Source of the DNA: Verrucomicrobiota bacterium
Lineage (GTDB): Bacteria; Verrucomicrobiota; Verrucomicrobiia; Opitutales; Cerasicoccaceae
Direction: 5' to 3'
Assembly (NCBI GenBank): GCA_039818205.1
Contig: JBCBUK010000003.1
Location: forward strand, 1-64,000
DNA length: 64,000 bases
Part shown: positions 41,428 to 50,172 of the stretch, in pieces
Numbering within the stretch: position 1 is the stretch's first letter
Layout: each line of letters begins with the position of its first letter
Notes under the pieces: model-generated
The model's database searches: none
What the model was told of the DNA's origin: nothing
Seen by the model: only the letters and a program-made list of their open reading frames with translations
Position numbers and translations under genes: made by a program

Positions 41428-42218
41428 CGTGGTAACAGTTCTATGTGCTGATCGAGGCGCAGATCAAGCAAGGTCTTCGCGCAGCCGCCGTTGACCGCGA
41501 TTTCCAGGTGCCCACCACTTCCAATATAGGCCACGGGCTGCCCATGAGGGACATCGCCAAATGTCCGGCCAATTACAACGTGCCTTGGGTGTAGTGATAC
41601 CACCATTTCTGCGAGGTCATAGCGCGGGGACAATTCACGCTCGTGAAGGTTAGTGATCGCATTGCCGTAGTGGTCAATGTAGAGGATTTGTCCGTACGCT
41701 GATTTGGATTCGTAGCTTGGGATCGGCCAGTCGGTAGGGTCGAGCTGGGGATGGGCCGGGCCCACCTGGTCAAGATTGGCCAGCCCTGCCGCAAGGCGGG
41801 CTCCAACCGGTGCAAAGATATCGCGCCCGTGGAAGGTGTGGGAGACGCATTCGCGAAACAGCGTGGCATTGGTGATATCATGACACTGAATGACTGCGTT
41901 GCCCAACCATCCAAACAAGCCGTTGTCGGGACCGACAAAGAATCGGCCATCGGCTTCCAGCGCGATCGGAGGTCGATCCGTTCCCACGCCTGGGTCCACG
42001 ACCACGACGAAAACTGTACCGGTTGGAAATTCCCGCCAGCACTGGCTCAAAATGAATGCCGCGGAGCGAATGTCGCCGGGATTGATTGTATGGCAAATGT
42101 CCACGATCGGCAGTGATGCATCGATCGAGAGTGCCACGGCTTTCATGGCCGCGACATACCAATCTCGGTCTCCGAAATCTGTGAGTAAAGCGAGCGTGTC
42201 TTTAGGAAAAAACCGCAA
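41424..42218 (-). CDS. SAM hydrolase (DUF62) family protein
   Basis: LTDFG, VVDPGVGTDR, GPDNG and TFHGRDIF motifs, consistent with the Asp-Arg-His hydrolase triad. Confidence 0.9.
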   Translation of the reverse strand: MRFFPKDTLALLTDFGDRDWYVAAMKAVALSIDASLPIVDICHTINPGDIRSAAFILSQCWREFPTGTVFVVVVDPGVGTDRPPIALEADGRFFVGPDNGLFGWLGNAVIQCHDITNATLFRECVSHTFHGRDIFAPVGARLAAGLANLDQVGPAHPQLDPTDWPIPSYESKSAYGQILYIDHYGNAITNLHERELSPRYDLAEMVVSLHPRHVVIGRTFGDVPHGQPVAYIGSGGHLEIAVNGGCAKTLLDLRLDQHIELLPR

Positions 42219-42294
42219 CCGGTTGGAGTCAAGGCCTTCGGAGCGCTATCGGAATGCAATCGACAAAGCTCAGATGTTCGACTACGTCGTTTTC

Positions 42295-43848
42295 ATGAAT
42301 CAGATTGGAAGGTTGGGCCGCCCCGCGGGTTATGTTCTGGGGCTTTGGCTGCTCTCATTGATGTTGAGCCCTTGTTGGGGCCAATCATCCCTCAGCGCGC
42401 TTTCACCGGAAATGCGGGTTGCGGCTGGGATGCAGAAGCTACTGCCAGACATGAAGTTCAATAAGCGGCTCTCAACGCCATCTGACGAAGACCACCTGCT
42501 GTTGTTCTCGAATGGAAACCAGTTGGCCCTCGTAGCCTGGACTGAGGGTGAGGCCAAGCGCATCCTGGCTCCGGCGAGCCCCATGGATTTTCTCGTCTAC
42601 AACACCGATGGTAAGCCACTCGGGTCAATATTGGCCCAGGGATTCGTGCTTGAGATCATCCTTTCTCAAGAGCCGGGAATCTATGTGCCGAAAGGAGCGA
42701 ATGCATTGCTGATGATAGCGGCGCTTGCGGAACGAGTTGAGCCTCGCATCCGGGTGAAGGGGCCCGCGTTTTTGGAGCTCACTTGTGATTTTGTGAATCC
42801 CCTGAATGAGCCGTTGATTCTAAGCACGCCCGGTGAGCCAAGTGTGGCCATCAAACCAGGTAAATCATACACCGTACGACAGGACGTGATCGTCGGGCGC
42901 GATGCGGAGCCTATTCGCCTGCAGGTTGGCGCTTCCGGGATCTATCAAGACGTTACGATTGAGGTGGAAAATCCATTGCTGGTCGATGTCCGCGCAGATT
43001 TGCCCGGCCGGCTGACGGTCGATCTGATCAATCCGGCAGGAACCGCCCTGCAAGGGCGCATGAGCCTCTCGCTGGTTGGTGATAGCCGAGCGCCGTTCGT
43101 TTTCCCCGTCGAAATGAAGCGAGGAGAGAGTATCGAGTCGATCCAGGTTCCAATGACAATCAATCTGCCGCTTCCCAAGCCAATTGAGGTGAGTATTAAT
43201 GAGTCGATTGGCGACCCACGGGAAGATGTCGAACTCACCCGGACATCGCCACTGCAGTTTGCTCCAATTGCTGGCTTTGAGGCCGCGGGTGAGGGCAAAC
43301 CGGTTAATTGGATGCTGAAGAAGAGTGGAGAATCGTTTGCGGACCTTCGGGCCGGCAATCCTCCGGGTGGTGCTCCGTGGGGTGAAAACTCAACGTTGAT
43401 CTTAGCTTACACGTTTGAAAATGCGGGTGCCTCCTTGGCCATAGCTCCCGCCAATCCGATTGCCGGGTCGATTACGCAGCTGCCCAACAGCGTTGGTATG
43501 TGGATCCGAGGAGATGGTTCCGGTAATTTGGTATCCATGCGCTGGCGCGACGGGCAAGGAAACCGGTTTAGCTCGCGACCGCGTCCGATGAGCTGGAAGG
43601 GGTGGCGCTACGAGACCTTTGCTCTCGACTCTAAAATGGTTCCGCCGATCCGGTGGGAGAGCCTCCTAACGGTTGATTCGGTTTCGCCAAGCTCGGGTGC
43701 GGCCATGGTGTGCGGCCCGGTGCTAAACTATGGATTTGATCAGTTAAGCAAACAAGCCGAGGCGGAAGTCAGCGTTGAAGTTGAGGACGATGTCACCTTC
43801 GGCAATCCGGTAAAGCTAGACCGGAGTCAATTGGCACCCGTTCAATGA
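42295..43848 (+). CDS. Secreted hypothetical protein with C-terminal CBM11/FlaA-like beta-sandwich
   Basis: Signal peptide after ATG 42295; GMWIRGDGSGN...WKGWRY. The track's extension to 41890 overlaps the opposite-strand gene. Confidence 0.7.
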   Translation: MNQIGRLGRPAGYVLGLWLLSLMLSPCWGQSSLSALSPEMRVAAGMQKLLPDMKFNKRLSTPSDEDHLLLFSNGNQLALVAWTEGEAKRILAPASPMDFLVYNTDGKPLGSILAQGFVLEIILSQEPGIYVPKGANALLMIAALAERVEPRIRVKGPAFLELTCDFVNPLNEPLILSTPGEPSVAIKPGKSYTVRQDVIVGRDAEPIRLQVGASGIYQDVTIEVENPLLVDVRADLPGRLTVDLINPAGTALQGRMSLSLVGDSRAPFVFPVEMKRGESIESIQVPMTINLPLPKPIEVSINESIGDPREDVELTRTSPLQFAPIAGFEAAGEGKPVNWMLKKSGESFADLRAGNPPGGAPWGENSTLILAYTFENAGASLAIAPANPIAGSITQLPNSVGMWIRGDGSGNLVSMRWRDGQGNRFSSRPRPMSWKGWRYETFALDSKMVPPIRWESLLTVDSVSPSSGAAMVCGPVLNYGFDQLSKQAEAEVSVEVEDDVTFGNPVKLDRSQLAPVQ

Positions 43849-43883
43849 TTGGGCCATTTCGGTTGGTAGGGTTCTGATAGGTA

Positions 43884-45104
43884 ATGCCTAAACTAACCGA
43901 CAAACAGCGAACCCGAGCATTCATCTGGATGCTCCTCTCCGTACCACTTGGAGGGGCTGGAGTGGACATGTATCTGCCATCGCTTCCGGTCATGGCTCAC
44001 GATATGGCGGCGACTGATTTCGCAATCCAGTCGACGGTTTTGATCTATTTAATCGCTTACGGGCTCGGGCAGATTTTTGCGGGCCCATTGGTTGATGGCT
44101 TTGGTCGACGGATTCCCGCAATTCTGGGGGCCTTGCTCATGGCGGTCGCGAGCGTTGGTATTACCCAAGCGGATTCGATTGCCTTGGTTTTGGTTTTGCG
44201 CGTGTTTCAGGGAATTGGTGGCGCATTAACTGCGGTAGCAGCACGCTGCGTGGTTCCAGATTGCTACGCGGGCATTGAGCGGGTTAAGGCGGCAAACTGG
44301 ATGTCAATCGCTTGGGCATGTGGTCCGATTCTTTCGCCGGTTCTCGGCGGCTATTTACAGGAGTGGTTCAACTGGCACGCGACGTTTTGGGCGCTGGGCG
44401 GCTGGTCGATCCTGGTTATGGTGACCGCTTGTGTGCTGCTGCCAGAGACGCATCCACAAGGCCGTGATTATAGCCTTCGCTTTGATTTTGGCGGGCCGAA
44501 GGCAATGTTGAGTGATCGCACCTACCTCTATGCATCGTTGGCAATGGGCGGTGTGATTACGGTGATCTATTCGTTTGAGGTGTTGGCGCCGTTCTATATC
44601 GAGATCGATTTTAAGCATTCACCGATCTATTACAGTCGCGTTCAGTTGTGTCTCGGCCTCCTCTGGCTCGCCGGAAATTTGGCCAATCGTTTCCTGCTCA
44701 AAGTCGCTGGTGACCAGCTTCGTATTTACCTCGCAACATTGATCGGAGTTGGGGTTGCTGCCGGGATGATTGTCGGGGATCTAAGCGGATTCTACAGCTT
44801 GTTGTGGATCGCAATACCTTCCAGTATCATCTACTTTAGTGCCGCTACAATCTGGCCAAATTTATATGCCATCTGCCTGGGGCGATTTCCCAATGCTGGC
44901 GGATCGGCCAATGGATTAGTCAGCGGCATGTTCAACCTGATCAGTGCGCTGTTCTCGGTGAGCGGTGCCTTGCTGCATTCGGCGACTGCGTGGCCGCTCT
45001 GGACCCTCTATCTCGTGGGGCTTGGGGCCGCGGGTGCCATATTTGTGTTTGCGCTTCGTTCAACGCTGCAGGCCGGGATCGCCAAGATTGAAGAGGTCCG
45101 TTGA
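43884..45104 (+). CDS. Bcr/CflA-type MFS efflux transporter
   Basis: DMYLPSLP, GPLVDGFGRR, LRVFQG and LPET motifs. Confidence 0.9.
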   Translation: MPKLTDKQRTRAFIWMLLSVPLGGAGVDMYLPSLPVMAHDMAATDFAIQSTVLIYLIAYGLGQIFAGPLVDGFGRRIPAILGALLMAVASVGITQADSIALVLVLRVFQGIGGALTAVAARCVVPDCYAGIERVKAANWMSIAWACGPILSPVLGGYLQEWFNWHATFWALGGWSILVMVTACVLLPETHPQGRDYSLRFDFGGPKAMLSDRTYLYASLAMGGVITVIYSFEVLAPFYIEIDFKHSPIYYSRVQLCLGLLWLAGNLANRFLLKVAGDQLRIYLATLIGVGVAAGMIVGDLSGFYSLLWIAIPSSIIYFSAATIWPNLYAICLGRFPNAGGSANGLVSGMFNLISALFSVSGALLHSATAWPLWTLYLVGLGAAGAIFVFALRSTLQAGIAKIEEVR

Positions 45105-45113
45105 GGACGATAT

Positions 45114-45145
45114 AAAACCCTGCTGGGCCGTAAGCCCAGCAAGGT
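45114..45145 (-). terminator. Terminator after the Cys-rich micro-ORF
   Basis: Minus strand ACCTTGCTGGGC-TTACG-GCCCAGCAGGGT followed by TTTAT. Confidence 0.75.
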
Positions 45146-45156
45146 CGATATGTTGG

Positions 45157-45231
45157 TTACTTGCAGCCACAACCGCAGCAACCACATTCGCAGCCCGTAC
45201 AGGCCTGCGGATTCGTTGTGTTTTCAATCAT
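45157..45231 (-). CDS. Metallothionein-like micro-peptide, 24 aa, MIENTTNPQACTGCECGCCGCGCK
   Basis: Translated by hand, ATG to TAA; 7 Cys in the last 14 residues; A-rich leader, upstream operator and downstream terminator. Not in the ORF track. Confidence 0.72.
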   Translation of the reverse strand: MIENTTNPQACTGCECGCCGCGCK

Positions 45232-45247
45232 TGTTTTATCTGATTTT

Positions 45248-45267
45248 ATATAGATATCTGTCTATAT
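45248..45267. promoter_or_regulatory. ArsR-type operator upstream of the micro-peptide
   Basis: ATATAGA-TATCTG-TCTATAT, a 7-6-7 inverted repeat. Confidence 0.75.
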
Positions 45268-45281
45268 GTTGGTTAAAATAG

Positions 45282-45590
45282 TTAGCAGCAATCGCACAGC
45301 TTATGTGCCTTCTTTTGATTTGGAGCAATTTTCACGAGGAGCTCCCCGCAGCAGTTAACCACGGCTGACTGGTTAACCTGGTAGTATACCATTTTGCCGT
45401 GCTGCTCGCGGTTCACCAATCCAGCCTCTTCCAGAATTGCAAGGTGATGACTGGCGGTCGGTTGCGTGACCTGCGCCTGCTCGGCGATCTCGCCAACCGA
45501 CTTTGATTGGCAGCAGCAGAAACGTAAAATCCGCTGTCGCGTAACATCCCCAAGGGCTTTCCCAAACACGGCTGCTTGTGTTTCATTCAT
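45282..45590 (-). CDS. ArsR/SmtB family metalloregulator, Cys-rich
   Basis: ALGDVTRQRIL and QPTASHHLAILEEAGLV HTH; CCC, NCCG and terminal CDCC. Confidence 0.93.
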   Translation of the reverse strand: MNETQAAVFGKALGDVTRQRILRFCCCQSKSVGEIAEQAQVTQPTASHHLAILEEAGLVNREQHGKMVYYQVNQSAVVNCCGELLVKIAPNQKKAHKLCDCC

Positions 45591-45596
45591 AACAAC

Positions 45597-45624
45597 ATCA
45601 TATAGATGTTTATCTATGAGTCAA
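45597..45624 (-). promoter_or_regulatory. Leaderless sigma70-type promoter of the ArsR gene with embedded operator
   Basis: Minus strand TTGACT-N16-TATGAT-N6-ATG; operator ATATAGA-TGTTTA-TCTATGA at 45600-45619. Confidence 0.75.
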
Positions 45625-45802
45625 GGGAGTAGCCTCGATTTTCTTTGAGCCGTTTTGCGGAGACCGAGACTCGCAGCATGAAGAGTGGCTCCGATCACCC
45701 AGTGGAACAATTAGGAGAAGATCGGGACTTAAAAGGCGTATTAAATCTAAGTATTTTTATCCGCGTAGTCCGTGGGACCAAGTTCGCCTGATTGCGTGGT
45801 CA

Positions 45803-46564
45803 ATGATGATGTTCGTTGGTTTTCCAGCGCATGGTGAACGTCCGATGCCAGTTGACGAGATCAAGTCTGCGATCTTGGCCTCTCCGGATCTCCGCGTCTT
45901 TAGTGGGCTTAATCTGAAAGATAAAACCGATGGCTTGCAGCGGTGGATTACGACCTTTCCAAAAATGGCGGCGATCCCGGGACCGTTAACCGAAGACTTT
46001 CCCAGCGATCAGCACACCCTTTCGTTTTTCCGCGTCAATTATTTGATCATCGAGGATAGCCGGATTGAGGCCAGCGTCGTTGAAGAGGCCTTAAAGTTCT
46101 CAGATTGCCACTACGTTTGGGTGCGAAATTCGGTTCTGTTGGGAGGCCACGAGGACGCGCTTGATGTCGTGCGTGGTAGCCACCTGATATTTGAGAACGT
46201 CGAATTTATATCTCGAGGTGCGAGGGCGGTCACCATTAAGGGTGGGGTAGATACCGTCTATTTTCTCGACTGCCACTTTTCCGGCTCGGCTAAGGCGGGG
46301 GCTTTTATTGAGCTGGGTGACTGGACGGACTACGACAAGAATGATCATCCTCCGACCAGCAATATTGTTGTTCCCGAGGGTAATACGTTCGATTGCCCGA
46401 CAATTGTCGTGAGGCGAGGTAGTAGCCGGCGATACCATACGAGCCAGACGATTCGGCCGATTCGCACCTACTATATTGAGGCAGTTGAGGCCAGTAGTCG
46501 GGTCGAGAGATTGCCCAGTTGGATGATGTCCATCTACTTTGGAATCCAAGACCTCGTCAAATAG
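45803..46564 (+). CDS. Hypothetical protein with probable parallel beta-helix segment
   Basis: Repeats such as EEALKFS, EDALDVVRG and AVTIKGG; start uncertain. Confidence 0.65.
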   Translation: MMMFVGFPAHGERPMPVDEIKSAILASPDLRVFSGLNLKDKTDGLQRWITTFPKMAAIPGPLTEDFPSDQHTLSFFRVNYLIIEDSRIEASVVEEALKFSDCHYVWVRNSVLLGGHEDALDVVRGSHLIFENVEFISRGARAVTIKGGVDTVYFLDCHFSGSAKAGAFIELGDWTDYDKNDHPPTSNIVVPEGNTFDCPTIVVRRGSSRRYHTSQTIRPIRTYYIEAVEASSRVERLPSWMMSIYFGIQDLVK

Positions 46565-47292
46565 CCTAAATTATACTCGCGCTAGGATTTGCGGTGAGGT
46601 CTATGGTGGTCGAATTCGAACGATTCCGGCTCTCGCCGAAAAGAAATTGGTTCCCTAACCCTCAAACGCTTTTGGCAATGCCGGTTAGGAATTCGGTATC
46701 CTTAGGACGAAGCCGCTTAGAGGAGCAAGTTTTTCGGGAAAAATACCGTGCGCAAAATATACACAGGGTTTTCGCAATCCAGATTTTACCGTTTTCGCGC
46801 ACGGGTTATCATGAGGATATATTCTCAAGCGTTGTGGTGTCATTTGGCCGTATGCCTTTTGTTGGCGTGGTTAGCTGCCGGACTGATTGGCCCTGGGGCA
46901 CTAGGGCATGAAGTCTATCCTATTTGTAAATAGCGTTACATTTGGCAGCGAAATACTTTGATTTGGTAAGATATTAATTAGGGTTTAATTCCTATTTATT
47001 GGGTCATTTGTGATTAGACTCGATGCTTAACTAATATTAAGAATAAGCTCAGCTTGCGTGTCTTGATGGTAAAATGCACAAGTGACGCAATGGATTGAAA
47101 TAAACTCTTGTAAAAAGGCTCTAGAATATAGATTTCATGCGACATTCAGGTGCGAATCAGCTTGTGTAGCCGGACTATTAACTGACGTTAATTGACAATG
47201 AATTCCTTGTAAAAAAAATATTGTCATCAAATTTGCTTTGAATTTTTTCATAACATAATGATCCTTTATCAATAGGGTCACCTGACTATAAA

Positions 47293-47757
47293 ATGACATC
47301 ATCGATGAATAACTTGAACCCAAAACAGCCTATTGGACTTACCCTGGTCGAGGTGATGATCGGAATGACCATCTTGGGTATCGTCATTGGATCTAGTCTT
47401 TTGGCGGTCGTTCAGGTTAGGGAATTGAATTATCGTTCCGACGCGACGCGGGGAGCCTACACGGCTCTCAATGGTGAGCTTGAGAATTTGCGCACCCAAA
47501 CATTCGCGCAGCTTTCGGCGAGTGTTACGTCAGCAGATGCGAACGCGACATCAAGCACTTCGACATCGACTAGCTCAATTAATGGGGTCTCTTACAACGT
47601 TTCTCGAACGCTGCAGTTCGAGGATTCGGCGAAGGAGATCGTCCTCGCAAACGTAATGATCACATGGACTTTCGGCGATCGAGAATCGAGCATCACCGGT
47701 CGCTCTCTATTTACCATCAATGGATTATCAGACAAAAAGTTTAGCACGGCCAACTAG
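47293..47757 (+). CDS. Minor pilin/pseudopilin, PilV/GspI-like
   Basis: G|LTLVEVMIG class III signal; ELENLR. Confidence 0.85.
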   Translation: MTSSMNNLNPKQPIGLTLVEVMIGMTILGIVIGSSLLAVVQVRELNYRSDATRGAYTALNGELENLRTQTFAQLSASVTSADANATSSTSTSTSSINGVSYNVSRTLQFEDSAKEIVLANVMITWTFGDRESSITGRSLFTINGLSDKKFSTAN

Positions 47758-48268
47758 GTTATTGCGCAAAGGGTTTTCTTTTCCCGAGTTAATTATCGCG
47801 ATGGCGATCTTCGGTTTGGTAGCTGGCGGAGTTTCAGCGACTTTTATTGCATTCAGTCAAGGGCTTCGCCTCTCCATGATACACGCTGAACAGGCTGCGG
47901 ATGCTCGCTACGCCTTCGAGTGGATCAACAAAAAGCTACACTCAATCAGCGAGCCCCATATCGCTTCATCTGCTAGTTTTGAATTTACAACCGCGGATTT
48001 GGATGGGACCGCAGAGCGCATCAGGATTCATTATGACTCCAATGATGATGAGCTTAAGAGCACAGAAGATGGTAGTACAAGAGTACTCCTTGAAAATGTC
48101 AGTTCCGCCAGCTTCACCTACTATGATCGCTTTGGTGCGGTTACCAATACGTTGATTGACATCAACGCTGCCAAATTGGTGATCAACACTGAAGTCGCCA
48201 CGAAAGCCGGGGCAAACGATGTTAAGACTGAGACCTCAATAATTACTTTTCGTAATCGCACCTTTTAG
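47720..48268 (+). CDS. Minor pilin/pseudopilin, PilW/GspJ-like
   Basis: G|FSFPELIIAM; LLENV...FTYYD...FRN. Confidence 0.85.
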   Translation: MDYQTKSLARPTRLLRKGFSFPELIIAMAIFGLVAGGVSATFIAFSQGLRLSMIHAEQAADARYAFEWINKKLHSISEPHIASSASFEFTTADLDGTAERIRIHYDSNDDELKSTEDGSTRVLLENVSSASFTYYDRFGAVTNTLIDINAAKLVINTEVATKAGANDVKTETSIITFRNRTF

Positions 48269-48270
48269 CC

Positions 48271-49668
48271 ATGAAAAATCGATCAGAGAATGGTTCTGTC
48301 ATTGTATTGGCAATGATCTTTGGAACAGTCGCCGTATTGGCGATAACCTACCTTGGTAGTTCACTCGCTACCGAATACAAGACGACTGTTCGATACGGTC
48401 TTGGATACACCGCCTTTCACTTGTCCGAATCCGGTGTGGAATTGGCGATGTATGCGATCACGAACGAAGAGCTAGGCGATTCTGATTGGCCGAGTACGGG
48501 TGATCAGACTTGGACTTTCACCGATAACACCCCCGTTGGGCAGTATGCTTCCAATACCCGGGTCCGTGTTATCAATAATGGTGATGGAAGTTATCTAATA
48601 ACGGCTCTTGGAAGCGTCGACCTCGGATCCAATCCAGTTCAGCGAGCGGTTGAAACCGTGGTGCAACAGGGGTTAACCGAGGAACAGGAGGAAGATGGGA
48701 CGGGCTCAGGCGCCTTTGACTATGGCTTGGTCGCTAAAGATGCGATCAAACTGAACCACAATAACCCTGGCATGAAGATCGCCAGCTACGATAGTGACGT
48801 CGATTTCGGTGTGCCCGAATTTGGAGTCAACACAGGCTTTGACGTGACCGTTGCAACGCCATCGACTACCGATAATGCGATTAAAGTTAACAATGCCTAC
48901 ATCACCGGATCAATCCGCAGTGGTGGTGGTAGCATTGACTATTCTAATAGCCACCCGCATGACCCGTTCCAAAACGCGATTGTCCTGGGCCCAGACTCAA
49001 CCCAAGCACATGGGGTTGACCTGAATCGTCTTTCAATCGACTTCGACGGTGAAGTGCCTGATCCAGATTTGCCCACCCAGGAAGGCTATAACGTTTTAAG
49101 CTTCGACCAAAATTATTGGCAAAACAACCAAGATATCGAAATCGGTTCCACGAATAGTTCCACCTGGGTTTCCACCGAACGCGTTAACACAAATGCACAG
49201 GGTACGCTGACAATTCGCGGTGAGGTTGTGATTGATGCACAACGCAACCTGAACCTGGCCGCTGATATCGTTATCGAGCCCGGAGCAACCCTGATCGTTA
49301 TGGCAGGGGAGAACATCCATGTGAATGCCAGCAGTATTGCCCAGCAGTACCCGTCTCAGTTTCAGTTGATCGCAAAATCGAACCGAGACGTCGTGCTGAA
49401 TAACTTTGATGTATTCACCGGTGTGGTGAATGCGCCGAACTCAAATGTTCGTCTGGCCGGGGTAGGTGGAACGCCCAAAAGCCAGTTTCGTGGCGCGGTT
49501 ATCGGCAAGAATATTGAGGTCACGAACGGGACCGAGTTCTACTATGATGTGAACCTGGGTGATGGTGGCTTCGACAATTCTGAAGATGGCGGCCTGGGCA
49601 CCGTTCCAGTCGGTGAACTGGAGCTAGTGAGCTGGGCAGAAGTTTCGCCTTCCCGGGCATTTGATTAA
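48271..49668 (+). CDS. PilX/GspK-like pilin with large C-terminal beta-solenoid domain
   Basis: G|SVIVLAMI without Glu5; AFHLSESGVE; FTGVVNAPNSNV...FRGAVIG...YYD; terminal SWAE. Confidence 0.82.
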   Translation: MKNRSENGSVIVLAMIFGTVAVLAITYLGSSLATEYKTTVRYGLGYTAFHLSESGVELAMYAITNEELGDSDWPSTGDQTWTFTDNTPVGQYASNTRVRVINNGDGSYLITALGSVDLGSNPVQRAVETVVQQGLTEEQEEDGTGSGAFDYGLVAKDAIKLNHNNPGMKIASYDSDVDFGVPEFGVNTGFDVTVATPSTTDNAIKVNNAYITGSIRSGGGSIDYSNSHPHDPFQNAIVLGPDSTQAHGVDLNRLSIDFDGEVPDPDLPTQEGYNVLSFDQNYWQNNQDIEIGSTNSSTWVSTERVNTNAQGTLTIRGEVVIDAQRNLNLAADIVIEPGATLIVMAGENIHVNASSIAQQYPSQFQLIAKSNRDVVLNNFDVFTGVVNAPNSNVRLAGVGGTPKSQFRGAVIGKNIEVTNGTEFYYDVNLGDGGFDNSEDGGLGTVPVGELELVSWAEVSPSRAFD

Positions 49669-49716
49669 GATCCCGGAGCACACTGCTCTGCTCAAGTAAT
49701 CATTACTGAACCAATG

Positions 49717-49744
49717 ATCCGCTTCATTCTGGAGCGGATTTTTT
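49717..49744 (+). terminator. Terminator after the pilin operon
   Basis: ATCCGCTTCA-TTC-TGGAGCGGAT-TTTTT. Confidence 0.8.
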
Positions 49745-49928
49745 ATGCCTTTAAGATTCTCTGTTTGGGTGATCTTTGCTCGAGAGTTTATCGCTAGGTT
49801 GAACCCGTTGGGGCTCTCGAACTCTCGAGCTATTAAGTATGATTCGAAAAAGCCACATAGTCTGCAACCAGTGTTGCTTCACTGGACGCACATGGGTGTG
49901 GCACCTCGATTGTAAACCCTTGCTTTGC

Positions 49929-50016
49929 TGGCGGATGGGGAGGGATTCGAACCCCCGGAGGCTTGCACCTCAAAAGTTTTCAAGACTTCCGCATTCGGCC
50001 ACTCTGCCACCCATCC
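49929..50016 (-). tRNA. tRNA-Ser(TGA)
   Basis: GGATGGG acceptor stem, anticodon loop CTTGAAA, long variable arm, GGTTCGAATCC T-arm, encoded CCA; 88 nt. Confidence 0.97.
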
Positions 50017-50172
50017 GGAACAAGCCGCATATATGAAAGTGCTCCCGCGAAAAGCGCAAGTATTGTTTTTGACCTCATCATTTACGGGGCCTGATGGATA
50101 ATTGTTCGAAAAAAATCGAATTTTCGTGGCCGCGGGATGTCAGGTTTGATTCATTGAAGCGACTTACCCGCT

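Noticed and set aside
41424..42218. Fluorinase or chlorinase
   Set aside because: TFHGRD with His fits the SAM hydrolase branch; halogenases lack this His.
41890..42294. N-terminal extension of the 652-aa track ORF
   Set aside because: It overlaps the DUF62 gene on the opposite strand, and the signal peptide begins after 42295.
43884..45104. MFS as the arsenic exporter of the ArsR unit
   Set aside because: It is convergent, separated by a terminator, has Bcr/CflA motifs, and no ArsR box was seen at its promoter.
46748..46933. Short hydrophobic ORF
   Set aside because: No supporting signals or recognisable family; cannot be supported from sequence alone.
49778..49830. 11-bp inverted repeat GCTCGAGAGTT...AACTCTCGAGC
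   Set aside because: Single occurrence with no repeat family or target-site duplication; at most a hairpin downstream of the tRNA.
44890..50016. Integrative island at the tRNA-Ser 3' end
   Set aside because: No integrase gene. The only similar sequence seen is an 11-nt match (TGCTGGCGGAT) inside the MFS gene, which is compatible with chance.
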